From Parasutterella excrementihominis (GTDB taxonomy: Bacteria; Bacillota_I; Bacilli_A; RFN20; CAG-826): DNA of 64,000 nt. Shown here in pieces: positions 36,621-46,450 of this stretch. Every line of letters starts with the position of its first letter. The stretch's first letter is position 1. The position numbers were made by a program, and so were the translations under genes. The DNA lies in assembly GCA_963614595.1 (NCBI GenBank), contig CAVECL010000003.1:4125-68124 (forward strand), in the 5' to 3' direction. The notes beneath the pieces were generated by a model. The model saw only the letters and a list, made by a program, of their open reading frames with translations, did not search any database and had not been told where the DNA came from.

Positions 36621-37960
36621 CCATGTAGGTTCGCCCTGATTTTCTTGCGGATTGCCTTGCGGCGGTACTTGTTTTTGACTTTCTCCACCGCCCAGCGCTG
36701 CTTCCTCTTATAGCCTGGCTTGACCTTTTTGGCGCGGGTGTTCGCTTTGGCGATTTTGATTTCGCGCGCTTCCTCAGGATCTTCGAATGGCTTCTTCTTT
36801 TTGAATTTGGTCTTCGGGAGCAAGCCGACGGGATCGCTTTCCAAGGCGTCCTTCTTGAGAATCAGGAAGTCGAATTTGACCCCCTGCTCCATCAGGGCCT
36901 TCGGGAGCTTCGTCGAATCGTCGTCGTAAAACACCCACGAATCGCCCGTTTTGCCGAATCTGGCGGTCCTTCCGGCGCGGTGATGGTAGTAATTGAGGTC
37001 ATTAGGGAGGTCAAGCGAGATGACGTCGCTGACATCCTCGATGTCGATGCCTCTGCTGAGGAGATCGCTGCAGACCACCACCTGATAACGGTTCTCCTTG
37101 ATCATGCGGATGGTCTTCCTTCTCTCTCTAGTCTCCAAATCGCCAGAGAACAAAACGACGCTATAGCCGGCGTTTTTTAGCGCAGCGTAAGCCAAATTCA
37201 CATCCTCTTTCTTCGAGGCGAAGACCAAGGCCAGATAAGGGACTTTGATCTTGAGGAAGCGAAGCAGGGCCTCGTTCTTCCCCGCGTGCTTGATGTCGAC
37301 GAGGTGATGGGAGACGTTCCCCGAGGACTTGTTGTCCTCGCCTTGGTAAAGGAAATCGCTGGAGGCGTATTTCCTGAGTTTCTCCTTCAGCCCCTGTTCC
37401 AAGGTCGCGGAGAACACCATGACCTGAAGATCCTCGCGGAGAAGCGATCGCACCGCGTCGATATCCTCGAAATAGCCCATGTCCATGAGCATGTCCGCCT
37501 CATCGAGGACGAGGCTTTTCACTCCTTTGAGATTGAGCTCATAATCATCCGCGAGGAGGTCTTTCAGCCTTCCGGGCGTCCCGATGACGAGCTGCGGGGC
37601 GATCGAAAGCCCCTGCTGGTTCTCGCTTTTCTCTTCGCTGGAGGTGAACAGCCTCACTTTGAGCTTTGGGAAAAAACGGGTGAAGGCGAAAGCGAAATCA
37701 TACACCTGGCGGGCGAGTTCCCTGCTGGGGCAAATGACGATCGACTGCAGGCGAGACAAGGAAAGATCGAGCCTATCGATGATCGGGACGAGGTAAGAAT
37801 GAGTCTTCCCGGAGCCGGTCTCGGACTGGCATAGGATCGAATCCCCTTTGAGGGCCTTCGGGATGACCCGTCCCTGGACGGGAGAAGGCTCTTTGTATCC
37901 TAGCTTCTCCAATGCTTGGACCATCTCTTTCGATAAATTGAATTGCGCAAAGCTTCCCAT
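36605..37960 (-). CDS. DEAD-box ATP-dependent RNA helicase (CshB-like)
   Basis: Q motif (F..LGYKEPSPVQ), SETGSGKT, PGRL, VLDEADMLMDMG, SAT and HRAGRTARFG, with a basic C-terminal tail. Confidence 0.88.
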   Translation of the reverse strand: MGSFAQFNLSKEMVQALEKLGYKEPSPVQGRVIPKALKGDSILCQSETGSGKTHSYLVPIIDRLDLSLSRLQSIVICPSRELARQVYDFAFAFTRFFPKLKVRLFTSSEEKSENQQGLSIAPQLVIGTPGRLKDLLADDYELNLKGVKSLVLDEADMLMDMGYFEDIDAVRSLLREDLQVMVFSATLEQGLKEKLRKYASSDFLYQGEDNKSSGNVSHHLVDIKHAGKNEALLRFLKIKVPYLALVFASKKEDVNLAYAALKNAGYSVVLFSGDLETRERRKTIRMIKENRYQVVVCSDLLSRGIDIEDVSDVISLDLPNDLNYYHHRAGRTARFGKTGDSWVFYDDDSTKLPKALMEQGVKFDFLILKKDALESDPVGLLPKTKFKKKKPFEDPEEAREIKIAKANTRAKKVKPGYKRKQRWAVEKVKNKYRRKAIRKKIRANLHGKEQG

Positions 37961-38020
37961 AACGGGGAGATTATAGGGAAATCCCTTCCTTTTTGCACAT
38001 TTTTAAAGGAAAATCTCCGC

Positions 38021-38869
38021 ATGAAAATCCTTTTGGCCAAGCCTTATGGTTATTGCTATGGGGTGTCTCGCGCGATGGAGATCGCCTCCAAAGCCAAAAA
38101 GGAGCACCCCGACGAGGAGGTCTATCTCATCGGCGCGCCCGTCCACAACGAGGATGCGATCTCCTCTTTGAAGGCGATGGGCCTTTTGCTTCTGGACGGG
38201 GATTTCCCGAGCCTTGAAAAGAAGCTCAACGGCCTAAAAGAAGGCTCCGTGGTCGTTTTCTCCGCCCATGGGCACCCCCATTCCTTCGATGAGGTCGCGA
38301 AAAGGAGGAGCCTCATCGTTTATGATGGCACCTGCTCTTTCGTCGAGGAGAACCTTTCTCTCGCCCTTTCTTCCCCCAACCTGCTTTATATCGGCAGCGA
38401 AGGCCACGCGGAGAAAGAGGCCTTCCTCGCCAATTGCCCCGGGGCGAGGTTCTACGATGCAAGAAGCGGGAAAGGGGATTGGAAGGAATGCGCCTGGCCC
38501 CCTACCCTGATTTGCCAAACCACCTTAAGCGGGGAGGAAATAGAGAGGGCAAAAGAAGAAATCAAGGCAACCCTCGGGGAATTCAAGCTCGCCAAAGGGC
38601 GCTGCACGGCGACGAAGATCCGCCAAGAGAAGGTCGCCTCGCTTTCAAAAGAGGCGGACGCCACCGTCGTTTTGGGGTCAAGGACCTCCAACAACGCGAC
38701 AAAGCTCCTCCAGATCGCCTCTTATAACGGGCCCGCTTATCTTTGCCTGGACGAAAAAGAGGTCCTCGGCCTGGACCTCTCAAGCTTTGGAACGGTCCTG
38801 GTTTGCTCAAGCGCCTCCACGTCCAAGGAAATCGTGGATAAGGTCGTTCGCTATTTGTCCTCGCTTTGA
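38021..38869 (+). CDS. ispH: 4-hydroxy-3-methylbut-2-enyl diphosphate reductase IspH (LytB)
   Basis: MKILLAKPYGYCYGVSRA, FSAHGHP, CQTT and SNNATKL. Start set at ATG 38021. The track ORF starts at 37943, which would overlap the divergent helicase start. Confidence 0.88.
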   Translation: MKILLAKPYGYCYGVSRAMEIASKAKKEHPDEEVYLIGAPVHNEDAISSLKAMGLLLLDGDFPSLEKKLNGLKEGSVVVFSAHGHPHSFDEVAKRRSLIVYDGTCSFVEENLSLALSSPNLLYIGSEGHAEKEAFLANCPGARFYDARSGKGDWKECAWPPTLICQTTLSGEEIERAKEEIKATLGEFKLAKGRCTATKIRQEKVASLSKEADATVVLGSRTSNNATKLLQIASYNGPAYLCLDEKEVLGLDLSSFGTVLVCSSASTSKEIVDKVVRYLSSL

Positions 38870-39540
38870 CTTTCGGCGATGAGCCGCTTCAAAAGGCGAT
38901 AAAGGTTCAGGTATTTCCTTCTGCTTTCCTCGCTCAGCCCTTTGTCGAGGTTCTTCCCGACTTTCTTGAGATTGCTCTCGCAGAAAGAAAGGAACACAGG
39001 CCCTTTCTTTTGAAGGAGGATCGGCCCGAAAGCGAGCTCCGCCTTCGAATAAGGCTTCTTCGGCTTCCCTTTTACGGCTTTGATGATCGTGTAGAAGGTC
39101 CCGGATTCAAGCACCATCGCCTCGTCTTCGATTTTGAAGCCGAGCTCGACGAGCTTCTCTCTGACGAGGACCAAATCCGTATGGGGGTCGAGGACGATGG
39201 TCTCAATGGGGTCGAGCTTCTCTTTGCCCTTCTCCAAAATCTCGGCGATGAGCCTTCCTCCCATGCCCAGAATGGCCAGGCAATCCACGTTCGAGGAAAG
39301 GCTGTCCAAGCCATCCGCCTGCGTGCACTCGACGTGGCTTTTGCAAGGGCTCTTGTCGACGGCGCTTTTCATGCGGATGAAGGGCCCGACTTTGTTTTCG
39401 ATGGCTTGGGCCCATTCGATCTTTCCTTTTTCTAGCAGCGCCAAAGTGAGTTGGGCATGATCTGCCCCGACGTCGGCCAAAACAGCCCCTTCGGGGACGA
39501 AATCGTAGGCGGCTTGGAGTCTTTTCGATAGTTTGGCCAT
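38851..39540 (-). CDS. trmK: tRNA (adenine22-N1)-methyltransferase TrmK
   Basis: LSKRLQAAYDFVPEGAVLADVGADHAQL and LAILGMGGRLI. Lies downstream of the sigma genes, as Bacillus yqfN does. Its 3' end overlaps the ispH 3' end by 19 nt. Confidence 0.82.
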   Translation of the reverse strand: MAKLSKRLQAAYDFVPEGAVLADVGADHAQLTLALLEKGKIEWAQAIENKVGPFIRMKSAVDKSPCKSHVECTQADGLDSLSSNVDCLAILGMGGRLIAEILEKGKEKLDPIETIVLDPHTDLVLVREKLVELGFKIEDEAMVLESGTFYTIIKAVKGKPKKPYSKAELAFGPILLQKKGPVFLSFCESNLKKVGKNLDKGLSEESRRKYLNLYRLLKRLIAESQSEDK

Positions 39541-39542
39541 GC

Positions 39543-40829
39543 CTATTTCTCTTTCTTCCCCTCCGTGATGGCGCGCTTCATCTTCGAAAGGGCCACCATG
39601 TGGATCTGGCGGATCCTCTCCCTGCTGATGCCGAATTTCCTCCCTAATTCCGACATGTCCATCTTCTCTTTGCCGTCTAAGCCGAAAAGATAGGTGATGA
39701 TGGTTCTTTCCCTGTCATTGAGGGCCTTCAGGCCCTTCTCGACATCCTTTTTGCGGTCATCCTCGTCGAGCCCTTCGCTCAAATCGTCGTCGCCCTTGAT
39801 CGTGGAAAGAAGGTCGGCGGAGTCGCTTTCGCTCGCGTCGAAAGGCATGTCAAGAGAGACGACGTCGCCGGAGAACCCCAAGATGGCCTCGATGTCCTTC
39901 TCATCGTAATCCGGGAGGAGGGAGGAAATCTCGGAGGTGGTCGGCTGCCTGCCTAAATCCTGGGAGAGCTCGGAAATGGCTTTCCGGACCTTGGCGATGT
40001 TGGTGATCGCGTGGCGGCTGATCTTGATGCCCCTTCCCTGCTCGTTGACGAGCCTCTGCATGGCCTGCCTGATCCAAGGGTAGGCATAGGTTGAGAAGCG
40101 GTTTCCCCTCGCGGGGTCGAATTTCTCGACCGCCCTCTGAAGCCCGAAATAGCCTTCTTGGACGAGGTCAAGGAAGGAGACGCCCATGCGCGAGTAGTCT
40201 TTGGCGATGTTCATCACGAGGCGGATGTTGCTGTTGACCATGGCGTTCTGCGCCTCTTTGCCAGCTTTTTTCTCCTCTTCGCTCGCCCCTTCTTTCAGCC
40301 CGGCTTGGATTTTTTCGCCAAGCTCGATCTCCTCCTCTTTGCTCAGGAGGCGGAATTTGCTGATCTCGGAAAGGAAAAGCGACTCGCCGCTTTTGACGTT
40401 CGCGCTTTTGGGGAGGATGAGCGAGGAGTCTAGGCTGGAGGAATTCTCCTCGGCGATCTCCTTCATCTCCTCGTTTTCCAAGCTGATGTATTGGTCGAGG
40501 CGGGAATTCACCAGAGTCGTCGCGTAGGAAGAGAAGCTGCACCCCAAAGGCATGCTGTCCAGATGGGCGGCTGCGTAATAGAGGGCGCGGTTCGCCTCTT
40601 GGATGAGCTCCATCAGAGGGAGGGATCCGTCGTAGCGGAAACTCGCGAGCTCCTCGGCTCTTTTGGCGAAGCTCTCGACGAGGAGAGAGGAAGCGTTCTT
40701 ATCCCCTTTTAAGGCCTTCTCGACCTCTACCCTCTCCTCTTCCTCGCTTAAGACGCGGTTGTTCTCGATCTCCTCCAGATAAGAAGAAACCTCGTCGGTC
40801 AAAGCCTCGTAGTCTTGTTCCTCGTTCAT
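39543..40829 (-). CDS. Second sigma-70 family factor with an extra degenerate N-terminal sigma-2-like module
   Basis: Conserved regions: 2 (NIRLVMNIAKDYSRMGVSFLDLVQEGYFGLQRAVEKFDPARGNRFSTYAYPWIRQAM), 3 (ITNIAKVRKAISELSQDLGRQPT) and 4 (LNDRERTIITYLFGLDG...MSELGRKFGISRERIRQIHMVALSKM). An N-terminal copy reads YLEEIENNRVLSEEEE...LLVESFAKRAEELASFRYDGSLPLMELIQEANRALYYAAAHLD...SFSSYATTLVNSRL. AAGGAG RBS. Lies 20 nt after rpoD. Confidence 0.8.
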   Translation of the reverse strand: MNEEQDYEALTDEVSSYLEEIENNRVLSEEEERVEVEKALKGDKNASSLLVESFAKRAEELASFRYDGSLPLMELIQEANRALYYAAAHLDSMPLGCSFSSYATTLVNSRLDQYISLENEEMKEIAEENSSSLDSSLILPKSANVKSGESLFLSEISKFRLLSKEEEIELGEKIQAGLKEGASEEEKKAGKEAQNAMVNSNIRLVMNIAKDYSRMGVSFLDLVQEGYFGLQRAVEKFDPARGNRFSTYAYPWIRQAMQRLVNEQGRGIKISRHAITNIAKVRKAISELSQDLGRQPTTSEISSLLPDYDEKDIEAILGFSGDVVSLDMPFDASESDSADLLSTIKGDDDLSEGLDEDDRKKDVEKGLKALNDRERTIITYLFGLDGKEKMDMSELGRKFGISRERIRQIHMVALSKMKRAITEGKKEK

Positions 40830-40849
40830 GGGTTTCTCCTTTTTTTCTC

Positions 40850-42334
40850 TTAGCGGCCCTTGCCCTCGCCGAAATTGGCCTCGCGGTAATCGCCGAGCTT
40901 CTTCGCCCTCGTCGGATGGCGGAGCTTGCGGATGGCTTTGGCCTCGATCTGGCGGATGCGCTCGCGGGTGACCCCGAATTCGCGCCCGACTTCCTCAAGG
41001 GTTCTCGGGCGGTTGTCGTCTAAGCCGTAACGGAGGCGCAAGACCTTCTCCTCGCGGTCGGTGAGGTCCTTCATGATCTCATAAAGCTCGTCTTTGAGAA
41101 GGCTCTTCGTCGTGTATTCCTCCGGGGACTGGGTCTCTTTGTCCTCAAGGAAGTCGCCGAGGCGGGAATCGTCTTCCTCGCCGATAGGCGTCTCCAAGGA
41201 AACGGGCTCGAGGGCGATGCGCTGGATGCGGAGGATCTGCTCGGGGGAAAGCTGGCCGTCAAGGCGCGCGGAGATCTCTTCCGCGGTCGGGTCGCGGCCG
41301 TATTCCTGGGTGAGCTGACGCTGGACGCGGGTCATCTTGTTGATGGTCTCGACCATGTGGACCGGGATGCGGATGGTGCGGGCTTGGTCGGCGATGGCGC
41401 GCGTGATGGCCTGCCTGATCCACCAGGTCGCGTAGGTCGAGAATTTGAATCCTTTGGTGTAGTCGAATTTCTCGACGGCCTTCATGAGGCCCATGTTGCC
41501 TTCCTGGATGAGGTCGAGGAAGTGCATGCCCCTGCCGACGTAGTGCTTGGCGATGGAGATGACGAGGCGGAGGTTCGCGGTGATGAGCTGATCCTTGGCG
41601 CCCTGCCTGCCGTCAATGCCGTGCCCGATGCCGTCTTCTTGGGCGTATTTCGCTTTGGATGCGGGCGAATCGCCATAGGCGTCGATGCGGCGGTACCAGC
41701 GGTCCCTGGAAAGGTCGCCGCCTTCTTTGACGTAAGAGGCGTAAAGCTTGTCGAGCTCGGCTTTCGCCTCGTTCCCTTTGACGATGCGTTTGGCTAGCTC
41801 GGTCTCTTGCTGAGCGGTCAGAAGGTTGACCTTGCCGATCTCCTTGAGGTACATCTTGACGGAGTCATTGACTTTGACCTCTCCGATGGTCGCGTGGGCG
41901 AATTCATTGATGGCGTCGAGCTCTTCTTTTTCGCTATTGCCTTTTTCGCCATTGGCTTCGGCTTCCTCTTCCTCCTCTTTCTCCATGTCGTCTTCGGCCT
42001 CGGCGAGATCGGAAAGATTCGGCTCCTCGCCTTCCTCGTCTTCTTCTTTCTCTTCCTCGATGGATTCTATTTCGATGCCGTTTTCCTTGAAGAAGCTCAT
42101 GAGGGACTCGAGGTCATCGTCGCTCAATTCGAGGTGGCTCGTGGCGTCCATGAGCTCGCCGGAATCGATCGAGCCCTCTTCCTTGCCTTTTTTGAGGAAG
42201 CGCTTCTTGATGGCCTCTAGGCCGATGATGCCCTCCTCCTCATCCTCGTCTTCGATGAGGATGTCGTCGATGATCTCTTCCTCTTCGACGATCTCTTCTT
42301 TCTCTTTCGCTGTTTTCTTGGTTTTGCTTGCCAT
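40850..42334 (-). CDS. rpoD: Primary RNA polymerase sigma factor RpoD/SigA
   Basis: Acidic region 1; region 2 [60 protein letters not shown]; region 4 [17 protein letters not shown]...[30 protein letters not shown]. Order dnaG-rpoD. Confidence 0.93.
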   Translation of the reverse strand: MASKTKKTAKEKEEIVEEEEIIDDILIEDEDEEEGIIGLEAIKKRFLKKGKEEGSIDSGELMDATSHLELSDDDLESLMSFFKENGIEIESIEEEKEEDEEGEEPNLSDLAEAEDDMEKEEEEEAEANGEKGNSEKEELDAINEFAHATIGEVKVNDSVKMYLKEIGKVNLLTAQQETELAKRIVKGNEAKAELDKLYASYVKEGGDLSRDRWYRRIDAYGDSPASKAKYAQEDGIGHGIDGRQGAKDQLITANLRLVISIAKHYVGRGMHFLDLIQEGNMGLMKAVEKFDYTKGFKFSTYATWWIRQAITRAIADQARTIRIPVHMVETINKMTRVQRQLTQEYGRDPTAEEISARLDGQLSPEQILRIQRIALEPVSLETPIGEEDDSRLGDFLEDKETQSPEEYTTKSLLKDELYEIMKDLTDREEKVLRLRYGLDDNRPRTLEEVGREFGVTRERIRQIEAKAIRKLRHPTRAKKLGDYREANFGEGKGR

Positions 42335-42358
42335 AACTCTCTCCTTTTTTGATGTTGG

Positions 42359-44179
42359 CTATTTCTTTTGTTTGCGGCTTTGCCAGGCCTTGTAGCGCTC
42401 CTTCGCGAGGCTGGCGACGAATTCAGCCTGGGCCTTTTTGTCGTTGGTGGCGAAGGTTTCCTTCGCTCTCTGCCTCATCCTCAGCTCTTTCTTCTCCTCC
42501 TCGATGACGGCCTTGCATTGCTCGAGGGTCTTCTTTGAGTAAGGGGCCTGCCCTTGATCGTCATAAAGCGCGGTCAGGGAATTCTCGAGGTCTTCCGCCT
42601 CCTCCCCTCCGGCGCTTTGGATCGTGCCCAATAGCTGGCTGGGATTCACTTTGCCATCGTGGCTTGAGGCGTAATCGAGGATGTAATTGGCGAGGTCGTT
42701 GTTCGTGGGGTAATAGAAGTCCCCCAGGTTCTCCTCGAAGAAGGCGACGGCCTCGGATTCCCGGAGCATGTAATAGAGGATCGTCCTCTCGGCCCGGTAG
42801 AGCTTATTGCTGTTCGGCCCGTTTTCCTTAGGCTTGCCTTCGCGAGGAGCGCCCCCATGATTATGCTCATGGTTTTCTGGCGCCGCCTCGGCTTTTTTCG
42901 CATCCGCGAGCAAGGCTCTTATGGCCTCGATCTCGAAGGAGGTCGCCTTGCTTAGCTTCGCAAGGTAGTTCTCCTTTTGGATGCCGGGAGGAAGCGAAGC
43001 GCAGTAAGGGAGGAACTTCTTGAGCACTTTCTCCCTGTCTGCGACGGTCTCCGGCTTTTTCGTGTTCAGGTAGAAGCTCAAGGCGAAGTCGCTCGGATCG
43101 ACGAGGTGGCCCATCATTTCCTTGAGGGCATCCGCGCCGCTTTCCTGCAGGATGTCGTCAGGGTCCCTTAGATCGCCTGGGTTGGATACGAGGCGGAAGG
43201 GAAGCCTTTCTTTCTGCAGGGCGCCCAGGATCTTCATCATCCCGATTTGCCCTGGGGCGTCGCCATCAAGGCAAACCCTGATTTCAACGCGCAGCCTTTG
43301 CAGCAGCTCGATCTGCTCTTTTGTGAGCGCGGTTCCGCACAAGGCGATTGCTGGAAGGCCGCATTTCGACAGGGCCATCACGTCCATGAAGCCCTCCAGA
43401 AGGTAGATATAACCCTCGTGGCGAGCGATTTTCGCGTCATTGTGATAGTTGTAGAGCGTCTCACCCTTGCGGAAGATCTTGGTCTCGGGGGAATTGATGT
43501 ATTTCGAGGTCCCGTCATCCTGCAAACGCCTCGCCGAGAATCCCACCGCTCTCCCCGAAGGATCGAAGAGAGGGAAGATGAGCCTGCCGGCGTTGCGGTC
43601 GGAAGTGCCTTCCAGCTGAGCGAAGGCGATGCCGATGTCCTCGATTGTCTTCAGGGAGTGCTTTTTCGCCTGAAGATAGGCGACGGTTGCCTTCCCATCA
43701 AGCGGAGCGTAGCCGATTTGGAACTTCTCGATCTGGTCAGGGGGGATATTCCTTCCCTTAAGGTAAGCGCGTGCGCGCTCGCCCTCACGCGTCGTGAGCG
43801 CGTATTGGTAATAGGAATTAAGATCCTCCATGGCCTTGTAGAGGGGCTCTTTCTCGGGATCGACGAAGACCGCCTGTCTTTGCGAGGCTAGGCGGGGGTC
43901 GTCGTAGTTGCTGAGCTCAGCGACTTTCCTCACCGCTTCATCGAAGCTCACGTGCTCATAGTTCCTTACGAAGGAGATGGCGTTTCCGCCCTCCCCGCAG
44001 GAGAAGCATTTGTAGATCTGCTTCTCGGAGGAGATGTTGAGCGAGGGGTTGGTGTCGTCGTGGAAGGGGCAGACCGCGAGGGCGTTCTTGCCTTTTCTGA
44101 TGACGTTGATATAGGAGGAGATGACATTGATGATGTCCGCATGCTTAAGCACGCTTTCGATTAGATCTTTATCGTACAT
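42359..44179 (-). CDS. dnaG: DNA primase
   Basis: Zinc finger CPFHDDTNPSLNIS...YKCFSCGEGGN and Toprim YLLEGFMDVMAL...DGDAPG. GGAGGAAC RBS. Confidence 0.92.
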   Translation of the reverse strand: MYDKDLIESVLKHADIINVISSYINVIRKGKNALAVCPFHDDTNPSLNISSEKQIYKCFSCGEGGNAISFVRNYEHVSFDEAVRKVAELSNYDDPRLASQRQAVFVDPEKEPLYKAMEDLNSYYQYALTTREGERARAYLKGRNIPPDQIEKFQIGYAPLDGKATVAYLQAKKHSLKTIEDIGIAFAQLEGTSDRNAGRLIFPLFDPSGRAVGFSARRLQDDGTSKYINSPETKIFRKGETLYNYHNDAKIARHEGYIYLLEGFMDVMALSKCGLPAIALCGTALTKEQIELLQRLRVEIRVCLDGDAPGQIGMMKILGALQKERLPFRLVSNPGDLRDPDDILQESGADALKEMMGHLVDPSDFALSFYLNTKKPETVADREKVLKKFLPYCASLPPGIQKENYLAKLSKATSFEIEAIRALLADAKKAEAAPENHEHNHGGAPREGKPKENGPNSNKLYRAERTILYYMLRESEAVAFFEENLGDFYYPTNNDLANYILDYASSHDGKVNPSQLLGTIQSAGGEEAEDLENSLTALYDDQGQAPYSKKTLEQCKAVIEEEKKELRMRQRAKETFATNDKKAQAEFVASLAKERYKAWQSRKQKK

Positions 44180-44201
44180 GTTCCTCCTTTCTTGGCATCT
44201 T

Positions 44202-44218
44202 TATATACAAAGTATATA
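44202..44218. repeat. Second copy of the inverted repeat TATATAC-N3-GTATATA
   Basis: 7-bp arms with a 3-nt spacer, 23 nt upstream of the dnaG ATG. Next to an ATTAGTAG half-motif (44222-44229, minus strand). Confidence 0.7.
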
Positions 44219-44252
44219 TATCTACTAATTTGTTACTATTAATCTACTTTAA

Positions 44253-45638
44253 TCAATAGAAGATCTTCTCTTGGATGTAGGCGACGAGATCGCTGATTTT
44301 CACCCTGATCTGATCCATGGAATCGCGGTCGCGCACAGTGACGCTTCCGTCGTTTTCGGTATCGAAGTCGACGGTCACGCAGTAAGGGGTCCCCACCGCA
44401 TCCTGGCGGCGGTATCTCTTGCCGATGGAGCCGGTCTCGTCGTAAGTGACCGCGAAATGCTTCGCAAGCTCTTGCTCAAGGGCCTTCGCGGAATCGTTGA
44501 GCTTCTTCGAAAGAGGAAGCACGGCGACTTTATAAGGGGCGAGAGCCGGGGAAAGATGCATCACGATGCGCTTATCCCCTCCTTCAAGCTCCTCTTCGTC
44601 ATAGGCATCCACCGCAACCATCAGGAAGAGGCGGTCAAGACCCATCGAAGGCTCGATGGTGTAAGGGACGTATTTCTCGTTGGTCTCGGGATCGAGATAG
44701 CTCATGTCCTCGTGGGAATAATCCATATGGCGTTTGAGGTCATAGTCGGTTCTGTCGGCCACGCCGAGGATTTCTCCCCAGCCAATGCTCGGGAAATCAT
44801 ATTCGACGTCCGTGGTCGCTTTCGAGTAGAAGGCAAGTTCCGCCGTCTCATGGTCGCGGTAGCGGAGGTTGCTGTCCTTCACGCCCAAAGAATCGATGAA
44901 CTTTCGGCAATAATCCTTCCAATAGGCAAACCAATCGAGATCGGTGCCGGGCTTGCAGAAGAATTCCATCTCAAGCTGTTCGAACTCGCGGGTGCGGAAG
45001 GTGAAATTCCCCGGGGTGATCTCATTGCGGAAGCTTTTCCCGGCGTTGCAAACGCCGAAGGGGATCTTCTTGCGGCAGGCCCTCTGCACGTTTTTGAAGT
45101 TCACGAACACGCCTTGCGCGGTCTCGGGGCGGAGGTAGACGGCGCTGGAAGCGTCCTCAGTGACCCCGATATGCGTTTTGAACATCATGTTGAATTTGCG
45201 AATCGGGGTGAAATCGCTTTTCCCGCAGACCGGGCAAGTCATTTTATGGGTCTTCATGAACTCGTCCATCTGTCCGAAATCCATCGCGTCGACGTCGACG
45301 TCGGGGTATTCGCGCTTGATGAGCTCATCCGCGCGATGACGCGCCTTGCAGGCTTTGCAATCCACCATCGGGTCGTTGAAGGTCGAGACGTGGCCGGTGG
45401 CCTCCCAGACCTTCGGGTTCATGAGAATCGCCGCGTCAAGGCCGACATTCGTCGGGGATTCCTGAACGAATTTCTTCCACCACATCGAGCGGATGTTCCT
45501 TTTCATCTCCGCGCCCAAAGGACCATAGTCCCAGGTGTTGGAAAGACCGCCATAGATTTGGGATCCTTGGAAGACGAAGCCAGAAGTCTGGAGGTGCTGC
45601 GTGATTGTTTCGAATGAGAATTTATTCGCCATTTTCAA
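44253..45638 (-). CDS. glyQS: Glycyl-tRNA synthetase, single-chain (alpha2) type
   Basis: GFVFQGSQIYGGLSNTWDYGPLG, FRNEITPGNFTFRTREFEQLEMEFF and GLDRLFL. TTG start at 45638 with GGAGG 7 nt upstream; ATG 45632 is the alternative. Confidence 0.9.
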   Translation of the reverse strand: MKMANKFSFETITQHLQTSGFVFQGSQIYGGLSNTWDYGPLGAEMKRNIRSMWWKKFVQESPTNVGLDAAILMNPKVWEATGHVSTFNDPMVDCKACKARHRADELIKREYPDVDVDAMDFGQMDEFMKTHKMTCPVCGKSDFTPIRKFNMMFKTHIGVTEDASSAVYLRPETAQGVFVNFKNVQRACRKKIPFGVCNAGKSFRNEITPGNFTFRTREFEQLEMEFFCKPGTDLDWFAYWKDYCRKFIDSLGVKDSNLRYRDHETAELAFYSKATTDVEYDFPSIGWGEILGVADRTDYDLKRHMDYSHEDMSYLDPETNEKYVPYTIEPSMGLDRLFLMVAVDAYDEEELEGGDKRIVMHLSPALAPYKVAVLPLSKKLNDSAKALEQELAKHFAVTYDETGSIGKRYRRQDAVGTPYCVTVDFDTENDGSVTVRDRDSMDQIRVKISDLVAYIQEKIFY

Positions 45639-45718
45639 ATATAGGGCCTCCTAGCCCAAAAATGCAACTCGGATAGTTTAATCGTTTATTTCCAGTGGTC
45701 AACCCACTATGAGGGTAC

Positions 45719-46450
45719 TTACAAACTTTTTATCAAAGAGAGCGATTTCAATCGACAGCCCGTGAGGTTTTCAAGGTATTTTCCTAACTCATCGTAAAGC
45801 GGAATCGTGTTTTTGCGATCGAAGCCGACTCTGGGGAAGTCCTCTTCCTTGCAACGGAAGAGGTAACGGACGATCTTAAGCTTCATGAGGTCGGGTTTCT
45901 CATCCTCCTTCGCCTCATGATGATCTTTGCAAAGGAATCCGCCCTCCTCGAAGGAAAGAGAGACGATGTTTTGCTTTCTATGGCAGATCACGCATTCGTC
46001 GACATCAAGCCCGTAGCCTGCGTTGAAAAGCGCTTTGGCGAAGTAAAGAAGCCCGATGGTCAACGGGTCTTTCCCTTCTTTTATGGAAGAGCAGGCCTTC
46101 AGCAAATAAGGATAGTTTAAGGGAGCCTCGTCTTCCTGCACGACCTTGAGGGTCAATTCCTGCAAAAAAGAGAGAACAACCATTGCCTCGATGCTGCTTT
46201 CGATTTGGTAATTCTCTTCAAGGGTTCCCTGCTTTAGGGTGAGACCGCCGGAATTAGACTGCATCAAAAGGAATTCGGAAAGCGAGAAAGGCTGGACGCT
46301 ACAGGCATTTTTGGAGGTCAATTTCTTCACTCCCCTGGCCAAAAAGGAGAAAAAGCCATCGCTGGAGATGGCGTTCACCATCGCGTCGGCTTCCTTGAAC
46401 TCGCTGAGGCGGAGAACTAGGCCCTCACGGCGCAATTCAGTCGTTTGCAT
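45719..46450 (-). CDS. recO: DNA repair protein RecO
   Basis: 243 aa. N-terminal OB region (GLVLRLSEFKEADAMV), zinc motif CVICHRK...FLCKDHH. Order era-recO-glyQS. Confidence 0.8.
   Translation of the reverse strand: MQTTELRREGLVLRLSEFKEADAMVNAISSDGFFSFLARGVKKLTSKNACSVQPFSLSEFLLMQSNSGGLTLKQGTLEENYQIESSIEAMVVLSFLQELTLKVVQEDEAPLNYPYLLKACSSIKEGKDPLTIGLLYFAKALFNAGYGLDVDECVICHRKQNIVSLSFEEGGFLCKDHHEAKEDEKPDLMKLKIVRYLFRCKEEDFPRVGFDRKNTIPLYDELGKYLENLTGCRLKSLSLIKSL

Noticed and set aside
38851-38869. A 19-nt overlap of the convergent 3' ends of ispH and trmK, with no terminator between them.
   Set aside because: This is compact-genome packing. Both ORF ends are well supported, and nothing else is encoded there.
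44271-45617. A 448-aa ORF antisense to, and almost coextensive with, glyQS. Similar long shadow ORFs lie opposite parC (26094-27287), aspS (8107-8790), the lipoprotein gene (19827-20726), the Fic-like gene (59595-60512) and dnaK, among others.
   Set aside because: Those I checked are in the codon-aligned antisense frame of a well-supported gene. In that frame, stops arise only from sense TTA/CTA/TCA codons, which this GC3-rich genome avoids. Their products are low-complexity Arg/Gly/Asp/Leu-rich, have no RBS and match no motif. They are a codon-bias artefact.
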